Shown piece by piece: positions 19,601-28,800 of a stretch of DNA of 52,319 bases. The translations under genes and the position numbers were made by a program. Positions within the stretch are counted from its first letter, which is position 1. Every line of letters begins with the position of its first letter. The notes below the pieces were generated by a model. The model did not search any database. It worked only from the letters and a program-made list of their open reading frames with translations, and was not told where the DNA came from. The stretch comes from a virus (taxonomy: Duplodnaviria; Caudoviricetes), in the IMG/VR virus record IMGVR_UViG_3300007539_000027, positions 1 through 52,319 of that record; one strand, 5' to 3'.

Positions 19601-19976
19601 CACCAGTAATTGTTACAGTAGGTGGAGTTGTATATCCACTACCACTATCGTTAACGAGAATACCGCTAACTTGACCATTGAAAATACTAGCACTTGCAAA
19701 TGCTTGATCTCCAGTTGGATCATCTGGTGGTCCAATTGTTACAGTTGGCAGCAAAGAGTATCCAGAACCACCGTTTGTTACCGTAATACTTTCAACTCTG
19801 TTGCCACTTCTATTAATACCAACACGGGGAAGATTTGTTGTTGGATCGATTTGAGCACGAATGATCTCTACTTCCTGAGATCCGCTTCCAGATCTAAGAG
19901 TAACTTCATTTTTTCCTAAAATACTAGTCTTATTGCCAGTAATTTTTTCCCTGTCGGAATTAATCTGAAAGCTCAT
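10656..19976 (-). CDS. Giant tail fibre / virion structural protein (3106 aa)
   Basis: Gly/Thr/Ser-rich; GGSGY beta repeats; DRSDKIATTEYV, RVGIGT, KVGING fibre motifs; beta-helix-like start IYVS..GNDANDG..PVRTIKRA. Confidence 0.85.
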   Translation of the reverse strand: MSFQINSDREKITGNKTSILGKNEVTLRSGSGSQEVEIIRAQIDPTTNLPRVGINRSGNRVESITVTNGGSGYSLLPTVTIGPPDDPTGDQAFASASIFNGQVSGILVNDSGSGYTTPPTVTITGGNGGGATAEAILDTIDYELDINGAIRTSTSIISDTARILNMDVDNFITPDLELRGPQFKTYMNNTGIELTSNPTTLAKGDYRYAGNNIYEALNNGTTSSSLPIHTDGIELNGTVNFKHIGFRIVDPNGYLYNETGDEGGVFPRSITPQLGDRSDKIATTEYVLNLATNDVGGRIYVSQQIGNDANDGRSAVAPVRTIKRACQLAWATPGVKESIIISGGDYVEDNPISIPPDASIVGDNLRLVIIRPENPDKHIFKFGDKNYVIGVTYRDYINQTTGRSAHTWDYAMVFDDKQRVTYDMTTNGDFGFSWPIGQQYFAVQKFETTFTGNTGIAIGTSYPAQLTAGQIVRGSVGASQGIIEAVTFDETDTNEPDFAVAGKAKFIVQAGNFTQTDRFRYGGLDPVTGDHIPLYANSTFYPLNSYVWTPEHTYQVTQAGTSPATGAPVHDQGVVTLGTVELTHIRTTYLFNSQQIRSTRPEGEVVFDDTDTTTKLSIVRLDFTQQGTFTGGFGGDDDVGGVVFYTNQLLGFTGIHDFKEGDEIFIEGMPTNSPDLSFLNGYQRIYKVIEDADGRSRRFVLPKKVSASLGLNGNDNFQPGSNAKVSYASHSVTFSLLNSPNKFEATPPVARRFQDACLQIRNNIDYIADEVLGKVNAEFAKFYYSVYDVTNVGLNTTFKIFLGGSTYSHTYISGGTVTVGGTAYNVDNFVWDNFTTGEATVTLDQIVSIAEDETVKIENLLLSCSLGQKVYPSFSIPVSDEKCRRDIGHFINAILQDLEFGSNIHTIRAAKRYITGAQVGFVDNEVIQTVRAFEYVRELMIFAMRKWRVGDGSLTQPLYAAEYTSLIPYVDPTIIDDTATPACANVASAIDTLAYLFVDVITNNTSGTYLDAAYLIAANRDLIADQAYLNTKTQYPSLGLSDVNERKCRRDINHVLSGLIRDLCLGGNAGIVNAAEFYFTGTSLTGIPEAQRDETIYAFQQTKNLVIQAIRNWTDGTVEAATPTTATYNPATGDVTVTIAAPANGIPTTSDRIAFAEGAITFSCQGGQHASPDRFDSNWGDSYPITNVSGSGPIQITCNVGNAGTASGDAHTFVSALTDKTYVIYDPVTTTSPIPQKEDWNILLYNTTPLCDNVASSITTAMDLLEDILDETVAAGSTSRTYGILYDTSSIEQKPEFYIEDAAGNIATIRSVVDDFPIIEASPYTQNSSIISFLGGSGALIDGSKVKQPNCPFAGLNADGTAEFPNQGKSMVASAFTIVSQGGTGYKVINDGYTQLVSVFVIFCEDGVLAESGGYASITNSATNFGVYALRASGYRDEAYEFDQGFGEGASYVRATVDTVTESVTGRTEFSITKLGRSPLEHYIVKLDGYRTYDPDIEYFIDYIDPVSVTEGPNFGAKVTLSDGSGAGSARFVDELTGQEIDHLALVNYHQATYGTTLKVRLHRPSIVNSSSHTWEFAGSGTTYNALPENGGTKIEAFEQVSQNYGRVYCSGTDELGDFKVGTFAQIENRTGNITFTGTVTISEVEFLKLRGGDVIVTGFDASESLGGANASNSKLPTQAAVRNFIINNLGPYLNKPYSTNPVPRALVELTDSGKINIDQIPALRPFNVYTVADQTERLALEGALAGDIAIQQDISGSFILNNDNDSLFLGFGVDPTIQFTLGDVFIGDVSGGRLQATEYRQGVVYQIVVTDAGSGYITPPTVNISGGSPQAGAVGAQATAQIAGGQVVSVTIITANGYKGGVGYTTAPTVTFSGGLGANGVSAQADANIESRLYGDIVNNIKMLETDAINSSDTVPVEVNVDRVINTSASDINNWVSLASTSFSADQIVSGIISTARLANNDTAANSFTFLRGDQSYAETVQSIKGAETRYFYALATNAAINATTLVFDDNGDMLVGHTLATGNGIQQGTSIDSVSTDDQTTTITIDQPLTAAIPAGTLLEFSRGSSPLIFDASLQRSEFIDQVIILNGGSGYASDLGGNNVFFDVGLDGGNGTGLKANIRVDNGVVTKVTVTSPGTGYDTDFTISQDPPEIGNGNNLQLVAKRSTVSKQFANVSIDVARAGGEGSTGSIDEYGTVGVVRLKKAQFIVGADGNGSVTLKTGAGSGLIAEFLGSAGRDGEFYQDSSNQIKGTLPKNRLSGEYKIDIEGTATSAKLITSDTSGDVTNSAPNLYSAGLTVENKFNNVTNLYQEWPEVGLQNATTGNSGKHALLTIRPGGIDLDTSYGGIKQLALPDTGNDERANIYLRGTGFGVSQFGDWNKVWTSGNDASSGRPEGPDAYRLKNKTAAWYRNAVHTNEGEFFDSRLPSFMSEKAFDTKIEIKEPLAQSGNSLLSGKKAYQILFDGVLLNDSQYGGIFDSGKQVNIYDVTGAQALGTMYITNRDPQQDTQDASNNFTIITAVLLTGGFAGSYQLGLASSNAVTKYAAWTDYALADSNTYAAASLEVDSGTANLRLGRRIAANTGTSPGIYFSSSQQFAPNYNSAIVASGGTAADGSGSLNIIVGSNNSFTVNNSPAWHEGNTVFTSANGATVYDALGNPSIRNAVMRDATGSFEAHDITLVADGNGIPGQVIGAASLNVLKAGDSMTGTLNILNSGGPTDPTSNLYVEGTLTVQREVAFARNLNVDGNVFTVDYTNDRVGIGTSQANAKRPLHVSYASTETDVAADVIGMAAGTSAGALIQNTNSDANTFAALDFRAESADGRIAYKKDISGSDQASFYFVAEAPAATANTVLIVKGTGQLIPKQDGYGELGTSTVRWDKLHADEVHATEYMAVNRGTTNTGAYLYLQGATGGSYSGGHLSNFRLTNQVIADDVFAINATDGSGAATYQATPALAIKGTTNRVAINTSAFSGVDTTDGANITRNYQLNVQGDVNFNGQLFQNNAEFVTSRWTEATNGTDIYRLSKVGINGADPQYELEVTGDINVTGKLRANGAAQWLDTYGVIKSNPNSLNESITVPANTNAFACGDLEIANGVTVTVGNSSTFVII

Positions 19977-20010
19977 TTCTTACAGCCTGATCATGCCTTG
20001 TATTCCTATC

Positions 20011-20017
20011 TATTTAG
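20011..20017 (-). promoter_or_regulatory. Late promoter motif
   Basis: Minus-strand CTAAATA in the intergenic gap upstream of the 3106-aa gene. Confidence 0.65.
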
Positions 20018-20020
20018 CAC

Positions 20021-20527
20021 TCAGGTCCAATCGATACTGACGACTTGGACGTATGCAAACCATTTAACAATAGGACCTACACCAGATTTGCTAGCACTAT
20101 AACTAAATCTGTAAGCAGCACCAGTAGTATAAGGAACCACTGTCCACGCTTCTCCAGTAGGAACGCTATCCTTAATGATAGTTTCCATGGTTGACAATTC
20201 TTGTATAAGTCCTACTGAATTGCAAGTGATTGCACTCTCTAATTTTTTAGTTAAAAAACCAGCACCAGTTGAGTTCACACCAGCGATATAAGTGTTAATG
20301 AAGTTCAAAGAATTTTGTCTAAGAATAATAGATTCTGCTGTGGTGTTTAGAGATAGAATAAGTGTATCTGTACCAGTAAGAACATAGTTAGTCGTTCTTG
20401 CGTTATCGAAGTTTGAATTTTTTACTTCGAGTGAGTTGACGTTGCGAAGATTTCTCTCGAAGTCAACAACAGATGTCTGATCGACAGACAATCCACCTAG
20501 GGATTCAAAAGATTTTAAGTTTGCCAT
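20021..20527 (-). CDS. Virion structural protein (168 aa)
   Basis: Beta-rich ORF between two fibre genes, 1-nt gap to upstream gene. Confidence 0.65.
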   Translation of the reverse strand: MANLKSFESLGGLSVDQTSVVDFERNLRNVNSLEVKNSNFDNARTTNYVLTGTDTLILSLNTTAESIILRQNSLNFINTYIAGVNSTGAGFLTKKLESAITCNSVGLIQELSTMETIIKDSVPTGEAWTVVPYTTGAAYRFSYSASKSGVGPIVKWFAYVQVVSIDWT

Positions 20528-20528
20528 T

Positions 20529-23500
20529 TTACTTCTTAATTGTGCGGGAGACTACTGTAATATTTACATTCTGTGCGTTTGTAACATTAGACGATAGTGT
20601 GAAATTAAATCTCACATTTCCCTGAACGTTGAAGTCAAGGGTATAATCAACAAGAGAATTAGCAGTTTGAACTGTGCCAATCTCTGTAAAGTAAATATCA
20701 GTTCCGTCATCGATAACAGACAATTCAATAAATTCTTTCGCGCCAGAAGATGTGTTGTGGACAATTACTTCTACTCTAGAAGATCTATCAAGTAGTGGAT
20801 CGTAAAGAACTGCAGCACCACTATTTGTTGTTCCCTTGATAAGAGGAGTTACTGCTGTGGTGATCCTGTAGTTTGAAATTTCAATTGCAGATAGGTCTTT
20901 ATCAAAGATTTTCACACCATCAAATACGCCAGTGCCAAAACCAGTGTTGAGGTAAACATCACCCTGATCATCTAGTCTCAATACAGGATCTACATTCAAT
21001 CCAGTAGAAAGAGCAAGATCAAGATATTGTTTTGATGTGCTCAGTACAGTTCTGTCTGTATTAGTGTTATCAATAGTTGTGGAGTTTTGTGCTAATGTAA
21101 ATGTGTTAGCAGTAACTTCAAGACTATTATCAAACGGTGTTGTGATGGTATTGATACCAGTAAATCTCAATTCTGTAGTTGTTAGTTCTACAGTCTTAAT
21201 GTTGTCGTTATAGAAGTATAGAATATTTTCATTAGCACCAGGAGATGTTTCTGGGATAATGTAAGTGTTTTGGTCAACGTCTTTGACGCCACCTAGGGAT
21301 CCCCATTGAGCACCGTTGAAACCTTCAAAGTTTTGGTTAGTTGTGTTGTAACGAATAGAACCTGTTTCTGCAGATCCTTTGTCATTTTCACTACCAACAG
21401 GAATTACAAGAGATGTAACAGCATCACACTTAATCTTATTACCAGTATTTGGCTTTAGTAGAAGATCACTAATTTGTGTAGAAATTACATTTGTTTGTAG
21501 CTTGAGATCACCGTTAATTGATAGTGGTACAGTGTCTGTAGTATTACCAATTTTGAGTTCTGCAATCTCAGAGAACAGTAGATCTTTTACTGCTGTTTCA
21601 TGCCACTGTAGAGTAGCAGAACCATTGACAAATGGGTTACCAGAAGTATCACTTGGTTCGCTACCAGAAGTAGCAGTAGTACCACCAATTGTAACTAGGT
21701 AAATATCAGAACGATACTTGAGATACTGACCTGCAATTACAGGAGCATTTGCGACCCAATTAGTATATGCAGGAGCAGTTGTGCTTAGAGATCTGATTGC
21801 GTCTGCATTCAAGAACTCCAACCAATCTTTAGTTACTCTTAGACTGAGAACCGCATCATTATAGAACCACAGTTTGTTATCATTAGCACCTGTGGTTTCT
21901 TCTGCCAAAATGTAAGTGTTGCCATCAATATCTCTAACACCACCAAGAGAAGACCATGCACTAGATGCAGACGAGTAACCTTCGTATTGATTTGTTTCAG
22001 TGTTAAATCTAATCAAACCATCAACCAACTGTGAAAGAGGTGGTCTGTCAGCAGTTACACCAGCAGGAATACCAAATGCAGTGGTTGTGTTGACCATCGC
22101 TTTTCTACCACCAACTGGTTTTAGAACGAGGTCAAGATTGGCAAGAGATCTAACTTCGTTATTAACAATCTCAAGTTGATCGTTTACATTAACGGCAGTG
22201 ATTGATTTCAGTGTTCCCTGTGAAGTTAGATCACCATTAGTATTGTCAACAGTTAGTGTTGGTGTTTGACTTGGTTCTCCAATGTTTAGGAGAGAATGGA
22301 AACTATATGTTGTAGCGGTTGTTACAATATCTGTACCAGTAATGGTTGCAATATCAAGCGCAGTGCCATCAATATCAGGTGCGGTTAGTGTTCCAGTGAT
22401 ATCAGCATCTAGAGAAGTGATGCTAGCAGCAGCGGTAAATGTTTCTGCAGCAAAATCTCCAGAAATAATACTACCTTTGATGATATCTGAACTATCAACA
22501 GCATCAACAGTTAGTAAGAAACCAGATCCAAATACCCTTGGATTGTTTGGATCCATGGTGATGGTTTTTGCAACACCAAATAGTTTGCCAGCTTCGGTTT
22601 CAGCACCATCTCCAATGTCATAGTAGTATAGAGTTGGAGTGTCGGAAGTTACCTTGATTGTTATATCAGTAGCAGTTCTGGTTACGCCTTCGGTATACTC
22701 GGCACCTGTGAATGCCAGGATAGATGCACCAGCACCATTTGGAAGTGTATCTAGTGTAATCTGAGATGGACCATCAACACTAGCAATCTTTGTTCCAGTA
22801 GTAACACTACCAGCACCAGAGGAAGTTACTAGCATTCCTGGTAGCAGTCCAATTGTACTACTCAATGCAACAACTAGAGAAGTCTCTGATAGAGTTACTG
22901 CATATCCAGAGAAAGAAGATGGTGCTTTGTCACCACCTTCAAATCTAGATAGTCCAAAATTATAAGAACCGTTAGATGAATCTGAAATATCAAACTTATA
23001 CGTGTTTCCAACAAAGAAACTTAGATCTGGTGTAATTACGCCATCAATAAAGATTTTAGTTTCATTACCTACTGGAGATGCGGTATTGATAACATAAGAA
23101 GGAGAAGTAGCTCCATTAATGATAACAGTAGATCCATCACTGAAATCAGTATCAGCACCAGAATCTAGATCATAAACAACAAGAGATTGAATATTTCCAC
23201 CAGATACATTTTTTGCTGCAACGTAATAAGTGGTAAATGTGGTAACACCCTGAATAGTGAATTCAATATCATCAGCAGGAGAAGTACCGCCAACTAGATT
23301 ACCAGCAACAGTAACTGTGTCTCCATCTGTATATCCAAAACCACCGTTGTCAACAAAAGCAGATGGAGCACCATCTCCTCCTCTGAATACGGTTAGAGTA
23401 AGACCAGTACCAGTGCTACCAGATGCAGCAACTCCAGTATATGTTGCGTTTGCCTCAGCAAGAATACTAGTACCAGAACTAAATCCAACGTTACCAACAC

Positions 23501-25667
23501 CACCATCTCTTTGCTTGATAGTATCTCCAACAGAAATAGCACCATCTGCTACATTTGTTGTAAATGTTAGTGTCTGAATTGGATACCACTTGACAACTCT
23601 ATCAATTGGTTGAATTAGATTGGTTGCAACAGCAGTTAGAGTATCACCAACAGAGTAACCATTACCACCGTCAGTGATTGTTACGTCACCAACAGTTCCT
23701 AGTGCTGTAATCTGGAAACTAAATGATGTAGTTCCAAGTCCAAAAGTTGGAGCAAAAGTTAGAGTTGCAGAACCAGGAGATGTTGGTGGTGAGCTAAGTG
23801 TAATTACAGGTGGACTTGCTAGTCCATCAATTGCCTGTACTGTTGTACCAGGAGAAAGAACACCAGAACCTGCTGTTTGTGTAACACCATCACCAACAGC
23901 AATACCAAGAACAGAAGTAACATTAATCTGTTGTGTGTTTGGTGATGTAAATGTCAAACTTGCTGCACCAGAGGCGTCAGCAGGGAAAGACATGGTTAGA
24001 GTAGTTCCACTGTCAATACTTTGAATTACAGCACCCTGTGCAACAAATCCAACGTCACCTTGACCGTTGAAAATATTCATACCAACAGCAAGATTGCTAG
24101 TATCAGCAACCGTAATCTGGGATACACCAGCAGTCAGAGTTGTGGTTACACCAGTGATAGTACCAGGAAGGACGGTTGTAATACCACTAACACCCTGTGG
24201 AAGACCTAAAGTATCACCTACTTGATAACCAGATCCAAAAGTAGTTAAATCAAAATCGGAAATAACACCAGGATCAGATGTGACAGTAAATTCAAATCCA
24301 GAACCAACGCCACCAATATTAGCGTTACTTACGGATAGAACTTCTCCCGATACGTAATTTTGACCTTGCTGATTAACAAACGCAGCAGTAACACTACTGA
24401 CATAAGATACTGCGGTAATATTAACTACAACTCCAGTTGTATTACCGATTTGTACAGGAATAAATTGAATTTGGTCGCCAGCGTTATATCCAGTACCAGC
24501 ATTAGTAATAGTAACTGATGATACGTTTCCGCTAGCATCAACATCAACAGTTGCTGTTGCACCTCTACCAGAAGTTGTTTCTGCACCAGTGATAACCGCA
24601 TTAGTTGCCTGTCCCATACCTCCATGGTTTACGCAACCATAACCAACAGCGTTAGGTGCGTCTGGATGGACAACTAGATCATAAAATGCTCCAGCAGTAC
24701 CCTCGGATCCGAATACTACTTGGGTGAATTGATCGGGAAGTTGGTTTAGTGGATCACCTGCACCATGGAAGAACATGGGGTGACTAATAACACTAGGATC
24801 CGATACATCAAATCTGTATGTGTTTCCTCTTTCAAATGTAAATGTGGGTCTAGTAACACCATCAATTACATATTCGTATGGAATTGCGCCTCCATCTCCA
24901 TTTACGGTAACAATATAGGTTTGACGTGGAACGTTGTAGACATCTACAGAAGGATAAGAACCTTGACTTCCACCAGTACCAGAATTATTAATGCTTAAAG
25001 TTAGAGATGTATCACCAGTTACTGTTAGGTCGAGAGTTGCTCCTGTACCAGATCCAGAACTGGTTGTTGGGATATCTAGGTATGCTCCAGGTGGATAACC
25101 ACTACCAGCATTAGTAATACCACCCTCTAGTTCTTCAACGACAAATTCACAAGATGCACCAGTGCCACTGCCACCAATCAAGTCAATACCTGTAAATTGA
25201 CCTGGGTTATAGTTTGCACCATTGTTTAGAATATTGCCAGCAAATCCTTCAACGATTAGTGTTGCAATACCACCGTCACCAGTACCACCAACCAAAGGTG
25301 TTAGTTCATATGTACCTTCATCATATCCACTACCAGTGCTGGTAATAGTAACACCATCAGTAAGGAGAATTTTCTTTTGAAAGACAAAATCTTTATATGT
25401 CTTCGTATTAATATCATTGAAGTCGATTAGTTTCTTGGTGTTAGAAACAAATCCAAGTGTATTATTGTCTGCTTTGTATAAACCGAGTTGACTGTCGCTT
25501 ACAAAAGCAAGAGATGGTGCAGATCTAGTACCGTCACCTAGTTTAATATTACCTGCTGAGAGATCTGATCCACCAGCAGAGATACTAAAAAGTTGAGTTC
25601 CTATCTCATTAATCTTGACCCTTTGTTGTTCAAAGGTGTCAGTACGTGCTACATTAATTGCTGGCAT
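20529..25667 (-). CDS. Large tail fibre / baseplate-associated structural protein (1712 aa)
   Basis: N-term INVARTDTFEQQRVKINEI; DGTRSAPSLAF; many GSGY repeats; duplicated IR[FY]NT...WxSLGGV[RK]D module; cupredoxin-like inserts. Confidence 0.8.
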   Translation of the reverse strand: MPAINVARTDTFEQQRVKINEIGTQLFSISAGGSDLSAGNIKLGDGTRSAPSLAFVSDSQLGLYKADNNTLGFVSNTKKLIDFNDINTKTYKDFVFQKKILLTDGVTITSTGSGYDEGTYELTPLVGGTGDGGIATLIVEGFAGNILNNGANYNPGQFTGIDLIGGSGTGASCEFVVEELEGGITNAGSGYPPGAYLDIPTTSSGSGTGATLDLTVTGDTSLTLSINNSGTGGSQGSYPSVDVYNVPRQTYIVTVNGDGGAIPYEYVIDGVTRPTFTFERGNTYRFDVSDPSVISHPMFFHGAGDPLNQLPDQFTQVVFGSEGTAGAFYDLVVHPDAPNAVGYGCVNHGGMGQATNAVITGAETTSGRGATATVDVDASGNVSSVTITNAGTGYNAGDQIQFIPVQIGNTTGVVVNITAVSYVSSVTAAFVNQQGQNYVSGEVLSVSNANIGGVGSGFEFTVTSDPGVISDFDLTTFGSGYQVGDTLGLPQGVSGITTVLPGTITGVTTTLTAGVSQITVADTSNLAVGMNIFNGQGDVGFVAQGAVIQSIDSGTTLTMSFPADASGAASLTFTSPNTQQINVTSVLGIAVGDGVTQTAGSGVLSPGTTVQAIDGLASPPVITLSSPPTSPGSATLTFAPTFGLGTTSFSFQITALGTVGDVTITDGGNGYSVGDTLTAVATNLIQPIDRVVKWYPIQTLTFTTNVADGAISVGDTIKQRDGGVGNVGFSSGTSILAEANATYTGVAASGSTGTGLTLTVFRGGDGAPSAFVDNGGFGYTDGDTVTVAGNLVGGTSPADDIEFTIQGVTTFTTYYVAAKNVSGGNIQSLVVYDLDSGADTDFSDGSTVIINGATSPSYVINTASPVGNETKIFIDGVITPDLSFFVGNTYKFDISDSSNGSYNFGLSRFEGGDKAPSSFSGYAVTLSETSLVVALSSTIGLLPGMLVTSSGAGSVTTGTKIASVDGPSQITLDTLPNGAGASILAFTGAEYTEGVTRTATDITIKVTSDTPTLYYYDIGDGAETEAGKLFGVAKTITMDPNNPRVFGSGFLLTVDAVDSSDIIKGSIISGDFAAETFTAAASITSLDADITGTLTAPDIDGTALDIATITGTDIVTTATTYSFHSLLNIGEPSQTPTLTVDNTNGDLTSQGTLKSITAVNVNDQLEIVNNEVRSLANLDLVLKPVGGRKAMVNTTTAFGIPAGVTADRPPLSQLVDGLIRFNTETNQYEGYSSASSAWSSLGGVRDIDGNTYILAEETTGANDNKLWFYNDAVLSLRVTKDWLEFLNADAIRSLSTTAPAYTNWVANAPVIAGQYLKYRSDIYLVTIGGTTATSGSEPSDTSGNPFVNGSATLQWHETAVKDLLFSEIAELKIGNTTDTVPLSINGDLKLQTNVISTQISDLLLKPNTGNKIKCDAVTSLVIPVGSENDKGSAETGSIRYNTTNQNFEGFNGAQWGSLGGVKDVDQNTYIIPETSPGANENILYFYNDNIKTVELTTTELRFTGINTITTPFDNSLEVTANTFTLAQNSTTIDNTNTDRTVLSTSKQYLDLALSTGLNVDPVLRLDDQGDVYLNTGFGTGVFDGVKIFDKDLSAIEISNYRITTAVTPLIKGTTNSGAAVLYDPLLDRSSRVEVIVHNTSSGAKEFIELSVIDDGTDIYFTEIGTVQTANSLVDYTLDFNVQGNVRFNFTLSSNVTNAQNVNITVVSRTIKK

Positions 25668-25860
25668 TTTTGATTACTTCTCGCAGTAGGGATTTAATCT
25701 CAGAGAGTTCATTCTTCAACATATTTATGTCATCTAACGCGGAACTTAGCTGCTTGGATTTACGCCTAGCAGCTATAGCAGAATCGTCTCGATTGATGAT
25801 GGCACCTGTGTTTTGGTCTCGTACAAGACCATCGTGACCTTCAACCTTGAGGAAATCCAT
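25654..25860 (-). CDS. Small conserved T4-like hypothetical protein (68 aa)
   Basis: KVEGHDGLVRDQNTGAIIN followed by coiled coil; lies directly after the VrlC-like gene. Confidence 0.75.
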   Translation of the reverse strand: MDFLKVEGHDGLVRDQNTGAIINRDDSAIAARRKSKQLSSALDDINMLKNELSEIKSLLREVIKNASN

Positions 25861-25869
25861 ACGCGGAAA

Positions 25870-28800
25870 TTAGAAAGAAGCAACAGCGCGAATGTCTTGA
25901 ATTTTAGGAGCGAATGCAGGATCCACAGTATTCATGACAATCTTGACAGCAAACGAAGAGAATTCGGGTAGAGAATCTACACTGTATTGCAATTCTTGGT
26001 AAGAAGATTGTTTCTCAACAGCACTGGAAATACTGTTCTCGCTGCTAGCAATTTCAAAAACACTTGGGGAACCATCGCCATTGAAATACTCCCACTCAAT
26101 ATCTTCAAAGTTTTCCTGACTAGAAGACTTCTTAATCTTATAGAGAACTTTTACATTAGTGATGTCCTTGACATTAGCAGTTAGTCTTACATCAATAGAT
26201 GTAGCTGGGTTGCTAATTCCAATCTCTTTGGTAACATACTTAGCAATAGAAGAACTATTCTTAGATGTATCCTCTGCAACAAAGTCAATACCATTGGTAT
26301 ATGTAATAGTTCCAATTTCCAGATAATTATCTTCCTCATCAGGTTGTGTTGGATATTTAATAATATCTCCTACACGGAAGATATCTGCAGACTGCTCATT
26401 TGTAGTAGCATTTCTGGTGAATGCAGCATTATCAATAATTCTAGAAGTGAAATCGTCGTTGATTGGTTGAACATCTGTTCTTAGTGTCAACTCTTGAGAC
26501 TTGTTATTCCACAAGACTGCTTTACCTGTAATAACATTATCATAAGTTTGTGCAAGTACGTTTGGATTACGTGCTACAATAGTAGCGCCATCCGCAATGT
26601 CAAAGAACAATTCTGTTGGATTAGAATCCACAGTAACTCCAGTCAAAGATAATTGATTTCCTAGTTCTACAGTTTCTCCTTTTTGGAAGAATTGAGCGGT
26701 TTTTACTCTAACATAAACAACAGAACCATTCACTCTTGCAACAATACCAGTTGCTTTAGTTGTAACACCTTTGATGATTTGATTTTCTTGAATTTCAGTT
26801 CCTCCGTTGCCTGCCAATTGGAATTGATATACAGGGAAGAACTTAATAATTTGATCTTTTCTACCATATCTACCTTCCTGACCAGAAGCATTTTCTACTC
26901 TACTGGAAGATGTCTTAACAGACGCACTGGAAAGATCTACAAGAGGTGATAGATGAGACTTAGTAGACGAGAGAACCATCTTGTAAGTCAAAGAACTAGA
27001 CAGATTATTGAGGGTTTCGTTAATCTGAGAAGCAATCATCTTCTGGTTAGTGAAGAAGTGTGGTTCATTCAGGAACGTCTTCTCGTAATCAGACTGGGAA
27101 TATGAGACATAGTTTGTTGTTCTAGAATCTACAGGAATAACGTTGGTTGTTCTTACTGTATTTTCTAGTTTAGTTCCTGTAAACGATAGGTAATTAACCT
27201 GTGGATATAGAACTTCAAACTTTCTGTTGTGGGTTGCATACGCTTGTACTCCACCACCAACAGAACTACTAGAAGCTCTGGTAGCAGAAGTAATATTGTA
27301 ACTATCCACACCAGCATTGCTAACTGCAAATAGTTCGCTATTTAGAATATCCGCTGTAATACCACCAGTTTCTAGAACAGATCTGAAGAAAACGTAGGAC
27401 TTGCCGCTATCTTCAAATCCATGATCTCTATGAGAAATTTTTAGAACTCTGTTATTATTCTTAAAGAGTAGGGAAGTAGCATTAGTATTAGCACTAGCAC
27501 TAGTTTCAATTGGGTTTTCTTGCAAGAGTTCGTAACCTAGATTTTCGTTCTTAAGTTCTAGAGTTGCAGGTCTGCTAATATCAAACTCTGCACGGTATAG
27601 AGTAAACTTAAGATCTTCAAAGATATCCTCAGTCCAACTCTCTGTATTCTGAGACTTATAAACAGATCCTAGAGAAGGTTGTGTTGTAATAACAGTGCTG
27701 GTAGAAACATCAGTTTCTCCAAGTTTCGATGTCCACATTTGATAATCAGTAGAATCTGTTTCTACAACCAGAGCATACTCTGTATCATTCTGTAGATATA
27801 CAGGATGCTCAAACGCAAAGTATGTTGGTGTGGTAGATTCTGTTGTTCCTTCTTGGTCAGTTGCAACACCCATTCTAACTGCAGGTGTATCAATTTCGAT
27901 GAAAGTTTGAATGGTGCATCCGCCAGCGCCATTGCCAACACCCTTAACAACAACAGAAGGTGCTTCGGTATATCCAAAACCATTTAGAGAAACTTCTGCG
28001 TTGTAAACTTTACCACCAGAAACATCAATTCTTGCGGTAGCAGTAGAACCACCAGGAAGTTGTGGACTTTCGATTGTTAGGATTGCGCTATCATAGTTTA
28101 GACCAGGATTTGTAACTCTCAAGGCAGAAACTTTTCCACTGTCTTTTGCAATGGTAAGTTTGAGTTGTGTTCCATTGAGGTTATTAGCTTGTGTTACTGA
28201 AGGAATACTTAGATCTTCATTCTGAACAAAAGATTTGCCATTGTGGTTGCTAAGAACTACAGTGTAAACCTGTTCATTAGTTAGACTATACTTACCAGAT
28301 GCAGTTGCGACTAGCTCTACATTGTTTTTATCAAAGATCTTTAGAATAGGACCAGATGCAGCAGAAGAATTGCCTGTTACAACGTCTCCTTTGTAAACAG
28401 AGACATCGCCGTTAGCATAACACTTCAAGAATGTATTTGGTGGCAAAACTTTTTCAGAACCAGGAACAACATTCTTGCCTGGTTTCTCTGCATCTACATT
28501 AGTAATATAAGTCTTAATTGGTACATTTGTACTCTTCTTACTGAAGAAGAGATCTACACCAGTGACAAAACACCCACCATCTAGATTTTCAACTTTAAAG
28601 GTCTGTGCTAGTGGATTGGGTCTTACAGGATTGTCAGTATTGCTCTCGATCAACTGAACACCTTCATTCGATTTGAAGTAAGATGGTTTTGTCGATACAA
28701 TGCTGCCTGGGTTCTCGGGTAGAATACCAGTAGCATAATACTTGACTTCAGTATAACTATCTACTTCTGCTTTAGGTGCATTGGTAGAACTAGAAGTAAA

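Noticed and set aside
8129-25667. Diversity-generating retroelement or invertible fibre cassette
   Set aside because: No reverse transcriptase, invertase, or near-identical nucleotide repeats noticed; repeats are diverged and protein-level
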